Below, one piece after another: positions 1-13,890 of a DNA stretch of 64,000 nucleotides (its first letter is position 1; every line of letters starts with the position of its first letter). The position numbers and the translations under genes are program-made. Below the pieces are notes generated by a model, which saw nothing but the letters and a program-made list of their open reading frames with translations, had not been told where the DNA came from and searched no databases. Origin of the DNA: Balanoglossus misakiensis (taxonomy: Eukaryota; Animalia; Hemichordata); assembly GCA_040954595.2 (NCBI GenBank), contig CM082584.2, positions 13,633,337-13,697,336 of the forward strand, read 5' to 3'.

Positions 1-46
1 TTGATGAATTCATGTTATTGTATTCATGCATACTTTCTAATTTTAG

Positions 47-1812
47 CTTAAATGCCTCAACTGTGGTGAGGAGCCAGACCATTTCCAGTATTTAAATCTG
101 CTGGTGAGTATACTGTGCAGTTATATTTGTTGGTTTTAAAATCTGGTCACTCTGCAACTGAACCAAATGGGAGCAAGTTCAACTGATTAAAAATTTGCAT
201 TGTATTGAAATTGACTCGTAAAATGTATTGTTTCAGGAAAGTGCTCCCTTGAAAGGAGGGCGAGGGAGTGCGAGTCTGGTTGTAAAATGCCGATTGTGCA
301 GCCGTGATAACTCCATAGGTAATTCAAATTCAGTACTTTGTCTGTTTAGTAATGTTGACATAATAAAAAATTAGCACGTCCGATCTTTCTGTGTGAACCT
401 CAATAACATTTCCCTACGTATCAGGCCGAATTGGAAGATTGGATTCCGATGGGACGTGTCTGAAAAAGTGAGCAAGGAGCAGCCAGGAAAAGATGTGAAG
501 TGGCAGCAAAATGAGAGAGTGTGTCTATAAATGCAAACTGTCTAGCCGGATATTACTTGGAAATCAGCTTCAGCTGATTTAAAAGATAATCATCCCCTCA
601 TGCCTCTTAAGTAGACTCCTACAGGCAAAATTACACTCTACTGTGTGTATTGCCAATTACATTGTTTTTGCCAACAAAATAAAACTGGGATCATTCATAG
701 GTGATATGCAGTCTGATTAAAATCTATTGGTTGATCTTTTCTTTTGAATCATATTACGGGCCTCCCTTCCCCTTGGTTGAGAACTGTGGAAGAAATGTTT
801 GGACACCTGCATCACCCAAAATCTATCAGACTATTGAGGAAGACATTCTAAATACAATTGTATACTCATAACCACTATGATAATCATTTTAATCCATTTA
901 CATAGTTTTAGATTTGATGGCTCTATGTACCTTTTATCCATGGTACCTACTCGCCATCAAGCATGTTATTAAGCTTTTTGTATATTTCACTTGCTATGCA
1001 TGATTAGTCATCTGTGCATCAATGCTGATGTTGACAGTTAAAAATAGATTTAGATGAAAATACAGCTAAAGATAGAACATTTGTAGGGTACAGCAGGTGG
1101 AGATCTGTATTTGTAATGAGCAGATATGGGAAAAATAGTTTATATAACATTTTACAATTATCTACACTACAGATATAATCAAAGAGAGCATTCGGTCTTA
1201 CAATGCTGAAGATAATCTCAAGTTCAAGACCATGGTGACTTTTGATTGCCGTGGGACTGAACCTGTGGATTTCTCACCAAGAGTAAGTGCATTGCTGCAT
1301 TCACATAAACACCATTGCTATAGACTGACACAAGTCTCCATGTATGGTTTTGTATTACACTGTATTGTATTGAATTGTGGCATATCGACTTTCCCACAGA
1401 TTTCTATTTCAATTCTTGTGATTGCATATTGACACAGGTCATTCACATGTCTTTTAATTATTGTGCTTCTATTTTAGACTGGATTTGCTTGTAAGGGAGC
1501 GGAAACTACCAGCACATTCGAAGTTGACCTACAAGAGAAGGTAACGTTTTAAATCTGTGTTGAAAAGTGAAAAATAGAGAGATTGATGCCACTTGTCCTA
1601 ATGTCACTTCAATGGTTTGTGGACTACATTTGCAAATCAACCTTTTCTATCTACCAGAGTTTTACAAATCTGAACATGGATTGAATTTTCAGATTAATTC
1701 AGTGATTTTATGTTGTTTTTTTTCCTCACAGGAATGGGTTGATTACGATGAAAAGGCCAAAGAATCGGTTGGAATCTATGAAGTGGAGAGTAAGTTTGTC
1801 AAAATACATTGA
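47..1812 (+). CDS. CZIB: CXXC motif-containing zinc-binding protein (C1orf123/UPF0587), 3' part; 5' exons lie outside the window
   Basis: Exons 47-103, 237-318, 1173-1282, 1478-1540 and 1732-1812 are all AG/GT-bounded and phase-consistent. They translate [130 protein letters not shown], with two CxxC motifs and the FDCRG and WxDYDEK family motifs. Confidence 0.93.
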
Positions 1813-2564
1813 ATTGATGAGGCCACAGAGAAAATGATCTCAGTGTTTTGACATCCTGTAGGCAGCATGCTGGAAGAATAACGCTGATGAAAAGATTATA
1901 TGTTGATTATTGTAATAGAAACCAGGATATAAAAATTCCAAAATGGTGCAGATTTGAAATGAGTATTGGGGACATAAATAAATTTTTGTGTTCATTTATT
2001 TTCTAGTCCATTTTCTGATCAGCTTGGCTTGGCTGAGCATGTTGATATAATGAAATGGAAAACTCAAATGTGAAATTTGCAAAATGCATATGATTCATTG
2101 CTTGAAAAGCCCTTGTGATAAGTCTTCGATACCTAGTAAGACATAAAAGATTGTGGATTGTGTTCAATCAGGTTTTTGTTTTGTCTTCTTATGATTTGTT
2201 TTATTTTGCCTGTTTTGTTCTGATTATGCTCTCTTTTGGTAGAAGCCACAATTGTATGAGATGTGCCTAACATAGTTCATGGTAATTTGTGCGAAAGATT
2301 TACTATTTTTTTTCATTGATTTTAATGTGTAATATTGACAAGGTCCTGAAGTCTTATCTAATTATATGATGTGTTTAATTGTTGCATTATTTATGTGTTT
2401 AGAAATGATTTCATATCTTTTCAATGGACGGGTTTGGATGTACGAAGTAGGTCAACCCATTCTTTCTGTATTCCTGACATATCAATCCACCTCAAGACAT
2501 TTCTGTCTCAAAAATAAATCTTATTGCCCAACTCATCTTTCCTGTCTGTGTAATTGTGTTTTAA

Positions 2565-2637
2565 CCCTTTTACCTCAATGGTTGGGTCCAACTCCATTGT
2601 TTTCAATGGTGGAGTTAGAAAACTGGGGGTGAAAGGG
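2565..2637. mobile_element. 73-bp MITE with CCCTTT...AAAGGG termini flanked by TTAA (piggyBac-like non-autonomous element)
   Basis: Reads ttaa|CCCTTTTACCTCA...CTGGGGGTGAAAGGG|ttaa (TTAA at 2561-2564 and 2638-2641), with an imperfect internal palindrome aactccattg...caatggtggagtt. A second copy of the right end lies at about 18619-18638. Confidence 0.6.
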
Positions 2638-4552
2638 TTAAGGTAGTCTGTGGCTTGGGGACTACTTTTCAAAAAAATTGATAATCCTCATTTGTGAGGA
2701 GTCTTTTTGAAAACAGAGAATGGCGGCCATTTTGAATTTCAAATTTTAGACAATTAGTTATTCCTATTTTTTTTACACTTCCAGGCACTTTGGGGTGAAT
2801 CTTCATGACTACTGAAGGTTACATCTATTAAACATTCACATCTTGAACAGATGATTATTTGTTGATGTAATTAGATGTTTAAGTTTGTCAAAAAGTGCAA
2901 TTGCTGGTTATCCGGATTGACCTTTGCGTAAATTACAGTGCAATCAATAATTCTGTAGATTCCAATAGCTGTGTTGCCCTTATTTTTGCAATGATGATGC
3001 AAATATAAAATTAAAAAAATATTACATGATTAAACAAATTGACAGGTGTACATTGCCTGTCTGCCTTAAGTGAATCCAATTTATTTTCTATCAATCATGT
3101 CAGTTATTAATTTTCAAATGTCAAATTGGCCTTACTTTGAAATAAAATGTCACACGCTGACCTCAACTGTTTCTAAGGGATGTAAAGGAAGTTATGTGAT
3201 CGTGGTACAAGACATTGCAGTTGGAGAAACCCTGGAACTGTCTGTCAGATAAAAATCTTCTCTAAAGCTTTAAAGGATCTGAAGGATCAGCAAGTGCATC
3301 TCGCTTGTTTTACGATCTCACATTTGCAAACTATATATGTGGTAGAGGCATGTATTCAAATCGTTATCACGCACTGGCATGAATGACTTACATCCAGATC
3401 CCACCATCTTAACACCTCACAATAATTGAAGTGACAACTAGGTATAAATTTAAACCCCAGGGGGTTAAACTGTCATGTGTTTGAACTGGACTGACAGGTA
3501 CTTGAATGACACTTTTGACACATTTAATTTATCACATAATCCATGCAATTGTGCATATGCCTTGGCCATCCATCTATCAGACATTTATTCCGAGTTTACA
3601 CACATCTCGTGTCTCTGAAAGACGCCACTCTCCACGGTAATGAAATGTCAAATGCATTTCCAAACGATTGAGAACTTCTGACAACCAGACTGGTCCCAGT
3701 ACGAACATCCATTGTCACATCTAATCTACAATAGGAGCTTTGTATTACATTTCATGGGCATAACCTATACAGGTTCAGAGAAGCAGCAAAAACCAAAAAT
3801 CCAACTGACTGCCTTGGCTGACTTTGAGACACTTTTATTAATCTATTTATGAATTTATTTGTTTATTTGTTTGGTTAGATGGCTTTGTCATCATCGACTC
3901 ATTTTGTATAGAAGCATAAGGAGTGAAATTGAATGATATCTCCCGAAAGGAAAAATAGATGAAAACAGTGCTTCGGTTACTGCTGGGACTTGAACTATGT
4001 GGAAGTATGAGTCAGTTATCGAATCAAACACTCGAATTTATTTTTGAACATTTTGTTACCAGGTTCAGGTAATTTTATCACGTGAGAAGGAATGACAGAA
4101 AAACAGTCATTATCTGTCGTGTGACAATGCGATCTTTTGATGGACATTGGATGAATTCAAATAGTGTTAAACTCGTCAGAATTTTCGAAAATATTGTGGA
4201 AATTCATTACTAAAACGGCCATTAATGATAAAAGCGCCTGTCCGTCTAGACTTTGGGACGCGCGTGCACTCGTCCTCTGAAATGCGGGTCCATCGCTCGT
4301 TCCAATATTGATATCGCGGTAAAATCAGGAAACGTGCAATGGCAGTAGATGGCTATGAGCCAGAAGCTAACCGGAAGATTTACGCAACGATCAAGCAAAG
4401 ATTCCGGATAGAAGACTATGCATGAGTCCTAACTCGGACAAGAAGGTTATTCCGTTGGAAATATCTCAGTCAACTGTTATCTTTCCCTTTCTTTTACTTT
4501 CTTACTCAAAATAGGGAGTGTGCAAGGTAGAAATCACAAAAATAAACACGCT

Positions 4553-4625
4553 GGCCAACCCCGTGTCAATTTCTTGCGGCCATACCCGTGTCAATTTCTT
4601 GCGGCCATCCCGTGTCAATTTCTTG
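4553..4625. repeat. Short tandem repeat, about 3 copies of a 24-25 bp unit
   Basis: cccgtgtcaatttcttg occurs three times head-to-tail, joined by cggccata and cggccat. Confidence 0.85.
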
Positions 4626-5893
4626 AAATGGGTATAGGTTGCCCATTTTCGATATGCTTGACAAGCAATTAACATATTTTCTATTAAAGTTTATCAACAA
4701 GTGGATTCATCACAGCAATATGGAATGCGTGTGAACACGTAATTCGTGATGCGTACAACACGAGCAGCTATGTTCCACTGAGCCGCACAGCAAATTTACA
4801 ATCTAAGGTGTCAGCTCTAGGCGCTTACAAACATGTCAGTGTTGTAATTCTTGTAAAGACCCAAGCTCCTGAAATACAGCTTTCATTGTGATGCGATCCC
4901 CCGCTACCTGTAACGATTTATCACCGTTGCATTCACAGCTATACATTATGCAGGTACGCTGCGATGCACTGTGACGCCGACACGATTGAGACTGTTTGGC
5001 ACAAACATTGAGTGTTGTTTCAGATGGTCTGGTTATTTTTTGATCGGGGTATAATTTTGTCATCCTTCTAAATGTGGATGTGTTAATACCTGATGCTAGT
5101 CAGCCATCAATGCCATGCTTTTACTCACGTACTCATGTGGGCTTCTAATTAATTTATGATATCAAGGTTAACTTTTTATACAGTTCTAATTCCGTTCGTT
5201 ATATTCCATTAATTTTCTTTTGAAATTTCCAGCTGTTAGATAAATTATTACTCATTATTAAGCCTTATTATCATCGTCGTCGTTCTTTAGCAACAATGCA
5301 TCGTCGAATAATTAAGGTCAACAAAAAAAACGCACCTGTGAGGTTTTGCAAATGAAGCCCTATTATCCAGGTCCCATAACTGAACAATAGATCAAACTAC
5401 ATTCTGCAATTCCTGAGCACACGTGCTTTCTTTCTATATATGTATGCATATAATTAATCACACATATGTCGACAATGTATTGGAGTATTGCAGACGTGCG
5501 TCCCTGCAGCAATTATTCTGCTAAGAGAATAACAATTGATGATTGTGTATTTATTTGAACCATAAGTATGTCTGTTTTGTCTCTCCCGGCTCATAAATTT
5601 GATGCGAGAGGCGACACGAATCTGCGTTTTGTTGAGATAACACGGAACACGTACTAGCTGACGATATTGCTGTTCCGCGACGGCAGCTGTGCGTGTTTAG
5701 CGCTTTGCATGGGCCAGACGTTGCAATGAATTAAAAATTCAGTTTTATTTTTAAAATGCGCATTCTCCGGCCCGTGTGCAATGTTTGAAAACATAACAAT
5801 GCATTTTATATAAGGTCTGTGTCACAACAGTAAAAGAACACCGTACGGGCTTAAACTGTTCATAACGATGAATAGCTGATGCGATATGTTGAC

Positions 5894-6717
5894 AACTCTG
5901 AGGATGAAATATATTCTGTTCGACTAGGCCTTAGTGCTGTGCTTAAATAGTGAAGACTAATTATTGAAAAATAAACACAAATAAATGAAAACAAAATTAC
6001 GTTGTTCGCCGCCTGGTCGATTATGACGTGAACTCAATTTGCGAAATCGAGGCTATCGAGACTACATAGATGCATCTGCAAACAGAACAACGAGTTATTT
6101 TGCCGCCGGGACTTCAACAGTTTGCGAAATGACATGCCTGAAACACGCACTGTTTCAGTTTTGTCTCGTGTTGCTGTGTTTTGAGGACACCTCTCGGATG
6201 AGAAGCTCTACGCACGACAGATTTCACAAGAACATGGATGTGGATGCCGACAATGAGTATTGTACATCCGCGGAGTGTGGCTCCGAAACCGGGAGAAACT
6301 TGGTAAGGTTGAACGGAATCAAGGTAAGCTTCTTCAACCCGCATAAAATAATATTATGTGTCGTTTTCAAATCTACAAAAATATCCCGTCGAGTAAATCA
6401 TAATAATATATCATTCGACCAGGTAGATAGGTTGATATTTCTCTCGATGTTAAAATTTTCATCCTGTAAATTCAAAGCACAGGCAAAATTTTGCCGGCTT
6501 AATCGGGACATGGCAAACCGATGGTAGCAAGGCATTTTATCACATTGTTTGATGTTTACAAATTGTGCCGGTACGTACGCCCTCCATGTGAAAAGTGTGT
6601 GTTATTAGATGCTATCTACCTCCTTTATAATGTATTTGTTTGTCTATCACAACAACAATAACAACAACGCCAATAATAAGCACAACCCAAAGGGTCATAT
6701 ATTTCATCCTCAGAGTT
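5894..6717. repeat. Perfect 21-bp inverted repeat pair enclosing P4HTM-like exon 1
   Basis: aactctgaggatgaaatatat (5894-5914) is the exact reverse complement of atatatttcatcctcagagtt (6697-6717). Confidence 0.85.
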
Positions 6718-9700
6718 TGGTCAAGAATCTTGACCAGTAGATGAAACTTCAATCTAGAACGTTCATTACGTATATATACTCTTATTCCTAATTAAGCCCG
6801 TAATCCTAATTGCAAATGTGGAAGAGATGGGGATTCGTTATATCTACTCAGTTCACCAGAGCAGAGCGCCATGAATACTTTGAGTCTCTTCGGAGTTGCG
6901 GAAACTGCACGCCCTTGGAGACGGTTATTTTTAATTTTTCATTTCTTCATTTCCTTTGCAGGTTGGCTACTCTCGAACTCTGAAACTGACACCGGGAACG
7001 ACACACAAGCTCGTCACAATAAATTTGAAACCGTTAATATTCGGTGGGCTGTTAATTTTTTGTTTGTTTAAAAGTATAATCAATACAGTTATGATGTAAT
7101 GAATTATTAATATGACCACGGATAGCTAGCTAATCAACAGAACTCGAGTCCCTGGGGAAAACAGGCTTGTTTCTTGCTCTTGGGTAAAGCACTGAACATC
7201 AGAAGTGATGGATTTCATTTTTTCATTATCTCTAGAGTTGAGAATGAAATCAACCCACCCACCCAATTGGCAAATGGTAATCAGGCAAAAATGTTCACAA
7301 AGTTATTAGAGCATGATCGGCTAAAGTATTAAAGGAGAATTTCCATTTAATATCCTTTTGGAGTTACTGTTCTACGCAACACGCCACAGGTGTTATGTTC
7401 TTAATGTACGGTTTAGCCGCAAGCCATTTCCAAAATATTTACTTCATGCATAGACAGCGCTAAATCTTACAATGCAGCTGTTAACACTGATGCGAGAAGA
7501 AATCACATTAAGAAGACCTCGTTCTGTGTGTTGGGAAACACTATTTCCACAGTGATGCAAAGACATTAGTATATTAAATTATTAAAAATTAAAATTGGAA
7601 TAATCATCATGCATCCTCTGGAGCAGTCACGAGTAAAAATACTTCAAATGATGGTCGATCTAGCAAGCTGTTGTTATATACATTAAAAACCAAAAACATT
7701 TGGATCACGGTGATCATTCAATACTCATTTACAAATGGAGGTTTTAATCTGGATAATGAAACGTTAATTCAAAAAGCTGTCACGTCGGATTTTCTAAGAC
7801 TGTGCGTGTCAGTGATGGATGTGACGTTGACACGCAGTCAGGTTTAATGGGGTGGTTTTCAAAACATTAGAAAAATGGTGAAGTTTAAAAATAATAGATA
7901 TTCGCGTAATCCAGTTTCCGCCGAAAACCGAATAGCTTCAGGTTTCATATTGTGCTATTAAGAACTATGGGGAACCGATAAAATACTCCAAGTGACGTTA
8001 TTGATTCCGATATGCCATGCTCTGATTGATGTTCTTATAAGCGATATAACTACCAAGCAAAAAGACATCTGCGTCATAATAATCGCGATTCACTTTGCAC
8101 ATTATCCAGAAAAAAAAATGAAAGAGTGTTTCCAACTTTAACTAAAACGCATTAATATTTCAAGCATTTCTTCTCAGGCCAGTTTAATAACCGGGTCAAT
8201 ATCCTACAGGGACAGTGAAGCATCAGTCGAGTTCCTTGCTGCCAACAGTTTCAACTTGTCACCTCACATTTCTTCGACCACCTGCCATCGTTTTATTTTG
8301 AATTCTGCGTCAGAACTTCGTTGAATTCTAATTTAATAGGACCGTTCAGAGGTTAATGTACTTTACGAGAGATGGCACATTTCGCGAATGAACTATTTTT
8401 AAACTTGTCTCTTCCAGAAATCCCAAACTTTTTAAACGACGAAGAGTGTGACCACTTCATCCAACTAGCCAAAAATAAAGGCCTACACAACAGTACCACA
8501 CGTCCGGGACCAGGGAAGTCAAATCGGCGAATGTCACTGTTTGACTTCAACGATGACAAGAAGATAGATTTGAACGAGGTTAGTAAATTTTGCAACGCCG
8601 GGCATGAATTACATATATAACTTATGCATATTTACTGTAATAAAAATTCTACTATATCAAAATACCAAGAATTTATACCATGGTTTCCTCCCTCGGATAT
8701 TTCTCCTTCATTTCTATTGAATCAGTTGGTTTGAGAGGCTTGTGTACTTACATCATGGTAATAATAGCACAACTATCGTTTTATCACAGAATACCACTTA
8801 AATTCGTCAATTCGCTGTGTAAACTATCGTTACTACTATTATAAATCATCATCGACCTTCATGTCTTGCGTGTGTGCAATAACCTGCTATGCAAATGTCA
8901 TGGTGTCATAACATGTGTGACAGGCTTTCACAAAACCTACTTTCTCTGTAACCACAGACATTATTACGTGGAATTAAATTTGGCCCCTGGATCTAGGGTC
9001 CTTTTCAAAAAGGATTTGCTGTATACACATACTGGAAATGATGCAATTTGTACATTCAATTGAAAAGAAGCCTTATTGTACAGCCTGTCTATAAGAAGAT
9101 TCAACTTCATGACCTTATATATGACATTTGACCAAAGGTCAAGTATCACCAGTTAACCTTTCCCATCGACATAATTATGTCTAGATTTTACAAACTATTA
9201 GCTTACTTCGGGCAATTTGGACGCCATCGGATGCATTCTCGATTATCTTGGCGCCAATTCGGCCGTTGCCATTTTCACATGTCTGAAGATAAACGCTTAG
9301 TTATTAAAGAATGGGTTGTCATATATTAATTATGCATATCCTAATATCCTTTTACTGGAAATATATATAATACCAAATTAAACGTACTATGTGTGAAGGT
9401 CTATAGTATTAGCTATGTACAGGGCATTTTTACATATTTCACCATTTGTCCTAAATTATGACTTCATATGTGATATTTAGCTAGCTTTGTTTGCGAATTT
9501 CCGAGAACATGACAGACAAAGGGTTTCAACTTGTCAAGTATAACATTCACTTTCATCTTCTCGTCTCTGGTGAAGATGAGAGTGACAATCGAAGACGCAT
9601 TTGATGTTTATCTGGAAGAGGATGACATTCTGGAGATGTAAGTTTAACTATCAACCTATCCTCGTCAGGAATTGGGGAAATAATTGGTTCTAGGTTAGTT

Positions 9701-12700
9701 TTGGGGGGATTCCCTTCCCAATACGCACAGACACATACAATAGGACGCAAAGTCTTCCCTTTATGTGTCATGGCTAATTTGGGACTATTCGTGCCAGGGA
9801 GTCAAACTCGCATAAACAGATACTACTTCTCATTTCTTCATAGATACGCACAACTCAACTGGGACAAGAACGGCGACAGTAAGAAAATCTTCCTTCTTAT
9901 CTCGAGTACATGTACCATGTGATGGATTAATCTTGTTTATTGACACCTTACTGTCTTCTTTCCATCCCCGCTTGTCTTGCGAGTAGGTTTGATTCATCGC
10001 GTAAGTGTATAATCTGGACGGGTTAGATCGAAGTGCGACAATTTTTTGATTGAGCTCACTCTCTCTCTCTACACACACGCTGTTCTTCTGCGGCAGGCCT
10101 GTTGGATCAAAGCGAACTCGGGAGGGTGACCAAGATGGATCTCGTCGACTTTGTGACGCGATGGATGGCAGGAAAGCCACACTTGAGATCCAGATACAGC
10201 AAACAGACGTGGATTTATCCGAGTGAAGTCCGTGATGATACTGTTGATAAGTTTACACAGAGGTAAGGCATCTGCGTTACCATAGTTACAGAAATTTGTT
10301 TTGGCGGGTATCACAAGTCCTAAAGGTAAAGACACATCACTATGCTGTATAGGAATGATCTGAAAAGACCACATGCGAAAACGAAATAAGTACTTTGAAC
10401 GGTCCTCGTGATTATAGTAAAGGGACGTATAAAAAGAAACGAAACAAGTCGAAAATATCTCTTTAATAAATGTCGATCAGCTCGGCGTAATGGATCCTCG
10501 CAATCTTGGAGTTTGGTCACAACGCAGTAACCACGTAATCTGTACCATCTGACAATGTGAATTGCTTTTGTCCTGAGAGGGCGTCTTGTATCTCGCAATC
10601 ATGTGGTAATTCTAACTGACAACGAGAGATGCGATGTCATGACTGTTATCTCTCAGAGTTGTGCCGTTGTCATAGGCATCGCGCCTTGTAGTGACGAGAC
10701 GAGTTAGACACCAATGCTCACACCACCTTCGAGTGGATGACGTCATCCTGTAGTCACCTGTGCAAATTGTTGCCATGCATCTCTGCATAATCCGGTCTGC
10801 TTTTGGAGATTTCTGACATTTCAAAGGTGCACTGCAACTATACAGTTCTTTTCCAAACGATGTGAACGTCAAACTATTTTTTCACGATTGATAATATGTA
10901 AATTTTGCTCTCCAAGGACGTCGCTCTGTGGCAGGCTGCGGCTGAATACGTGTTTCTTGTGATGGTACAATGGCGTCTTGGGTCACCGTTTGCAAACGTG
11001 CCCTGACTGTATATCCCAGATTGCACTCAACTGGTTTTTATCTCATTTAAAAAGATTGATGGGTGACTTATACTTATCGTTGACAGAAAACACCCTTGGG
11101 TAAATACACAGGTACGAGACATTAGCTTGCACTTTTTATCTTGCATTCGCAGTTAGTAGAGATGCGGACAGGACTGCGCCAGTTGCTAGTATTAGTAAGG
11201 GGATGTAGATAAAATACGCCCGTGGTAAATGAAATTGCTGCATTTCGCGATTATCGTAAGCAAGTTCTCACAAGTTTTTGTCAACATTTTCAGACGGTCT
11301 AGAGTTCAGAGTCAGCATGTGAAGAGCGTATTACTTGCGGCCTTACGCAAAAGCTGCTGTAATTACATATGCCATGTCAGACTTGCCCCAAGTCTATTGG
11401 CGCAGTTATTTCATAACAAATACATTTCAGTTTCGAGTACGTGTGTGGAGTGAACGCACAAGTCATGGGATCGCGTAACCATCAGCTGAACCCGGATTTC
11501 TAAACTATTGCTCAGTACCGAAACTCGCTCAAAGCAAGCAGGCACAACTGAATAGTTGAGAATCTACTGGTGTATAAAATCACCAAGCGCTAGTGGGCTA
11601 GTCTACCGTGTGATACATAGTCAACAATTTTATCTGAAACTTTACAATGAGCTAATTGACACAATTCTCTTACCGTAGGCCTATAGGTACTAGTATTCTT
11701 GCTGTCTTGCCTCCAAGGAAGAATGGTCCTACAGAAAAACCATAAATCACAGGAGTGATTAAAATTACACAATTTCACGCTGTTGTTCGAGCAATTAATT
11801 TTATTACACCGAACATTAGATACATACAACATAAGGGTAGTGTCCAGGGTCGTTGCATGCAGTGAAGGTCTCGATCTCCGGAGAACTGTCGCTGTAGGCC
11901 CTACTTCGAACTCAGATAATTTTGGACATCTGATATTGCGCTGTTGGTTGCAATTCTGATGTGTTTACTAAACTATCCATTTGCTGTAAAATTTCGTCGG
12001 ACAGAACAGATTAAATCGGCTTGTCGCTCTTCGAAGCGATACATGCGCGAGATTGTGAACGCGTCCAGACGACAATTTTTCGTGTGCAGAAAAGATGCGC
12101 AGAACCTAAACACTGCCCTCGGCGAAACATATACCGTCACTGCGCGTCGTATCCCCTACCTACGGACCATAGACCATTACAAGAGCCGACGCGATGATTG
12201 GACGGTTAAAAACTTCACAGGTGTATTGACAGAGTTCTACTTTGTGTTTTTCTACAGGATACACAGCGTACTGCAGCTGCCCAGAGCTTTGATTGATAAA
12301 CACAGCGAATTCCAGGTGGTCAACTATAATGTCGGGGGACACTACAATGCACACGTCGACTCCGCTCCTCTGTCAAGAGCAACATGCTGTCATCTTACCG
12401 ATTCAAATGACTGCAGGATATGTAGGTAAATTGTTAGTCCTGCCACGGGATGGAAAGACTATGGTCTTGCATCAGACATATATTCAAAAGTGTTTGCAAA
12501 GATTGCCGAACAAAGCCGAAAGACTGGTGTACCGGGTATCAACATCCTCGCCTGTTTAATATTGCCAAACTTGTGTCCATCTGTATTTAAATTTCGCAAT
12601 AATTTCATTTAAATTCGAAGACAAAATATGCAATCCATATTTGCCCGTCAATCCATACCGTGCAGAACCAAGCAAAAGCAACGAGTTTCTCTCGGACACA

Positions 12701-13285
12701 GATATTTATAGTCGACATAGGATTTTAAGGCGTTCTAATATTTCATTGTAATAGATATGCAACTGTAATGGTTTATCTCAATGACGTCGAAGAGGGAGGA
12801 GAAACAGCATTTCCAATAGCTAATAATGCCACATTCAATGTACAGGTAATTACTGTCATATAACTATTTATTGCTTTTACTTGACAGAGATTTAAAATGG
12901 CGGGTCCCTGGATAGTCGACATTATGGCTCTAAAAAGCACGGGTGAGCGAATAGGCAAATATTTCCATGGAGAGTTGTCTACAATGCATACATTTACCTG
13001 CCTTCATAACCGAAATCTGTCTTGTCAACATTGCAGGCTCTACGTAAAGGTAGAAAACTTAATTTGAACAGACACTGCCACGACTCCAATCTGATGGTAA
13101 AGCCGGAAAGAGGAAAAGCTGTCATATGGTACAATCATGTCATCAACGAAGAGACGGGTTGGATCGGAGAGGTAGACAATTTCACGTGGCATGGTGGTTG
13201 TCCTGTTGTCAAGGGAACCAAATGGATTGCGAACAGATGGATAAACGTCAGCCAAGACAGGGAGTCCGATCTTAAGTACAGCTGA
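6129..13285 (+). CDS. P4HTM: Transmembrane prolyl 4-hydroxylase-like (EF-hand plus 2OG-Fe(II) dioxygenase)
   Basis: Nine phase-consistent exons: 6129-6323, 6962-7043, 8418-8578, 9576-9637, 9844-9878, 10097-10262, 12258-12425, 12755-12845, 13037-13285. Motifs: hydrophobic N-terminus, KPLIFEIPNFL..EC, EF-hands DFNDDKKIDLNE and DKNGDSLLDQSE, QVVNY.VGGHYNAHVDS (HxD), YLNDVEGGGETAFP, WHGGCPV.KGTKWIANRW. AATAAA at about 13343. Confidence 0.9.
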
Positions 13286-13890
13286 CATTTTGCGAGAATT
13301 CTGAGAAGTGGCGCTCTATTTTTACATTTGCATTCTTGTATAAATAAACAATTGTTTTAAAAGTAGACCATGCAGTAGTACATGTATATGAAATGTTAGG
13401 TGAAACACGCAAATGAGACGTACTAGAGAAATTGTGCACTCAAACCACTATCTTTTGCCCGATTGAGCTATTTTATTGTCATTAACAGACCTTGAATTTG
13501 CCCTCTGGTTAACAGAGCTCAGAATTTGCCCTGGTTTCTTTACTAGAATATATTGGCATCCCTACAAGAGAATTTAAGTCTCCGAAGCTTTCTCTTTCTC
13601 TCACTCTCTCACTCTCTGTGTTTATTAGCACCAAATGTCAGCAAATTCTCAATATTAGAAACTTCAAAATCAGAAGAATGTTCCTTTGAAAAAATCTTAC
13701 AGCACACAATGTAAATTCTCTTAAACATATAAAACAGATAAATTGATGCGCTATTTCCTTATTGCCTCCATGAAATTGGGATACCAAAGTTCCTATAAGC
13801 GTTCAATACAAATCTTGCATACAACGATAATCACAAGTGAGTCGGACAAATTAGATATCTGGCGGGAACTTGTCTTCTAGAGTATCTAAT

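Noticed and set aside
4553-4625. Direct repeats resembling a mini CRISPR array
   Set aside because: The units are head-to-tail with near-identical 7-8 nt linkers and no unique spacers, the context is eukaryotic, and there are no cas genes. It is a simple minisatellite.
9344-9353. ATATCCTTTT (also at about 7350) resembling U12 AT-AC donors in P4HTM-like introns
   Set aside because: The gene is fully reconstructed with GT-AG introns in frame, and no coding exon ends at these positions.
13283-13360. Possible TGA readthrough or selenocysteine at the P4HTM-like stop
   Set aside because: The context TGA-CAT is not the CTAG readthrough motif, I see no SECIS-like hairpin, and a polyA signal follows within about 60 nt.
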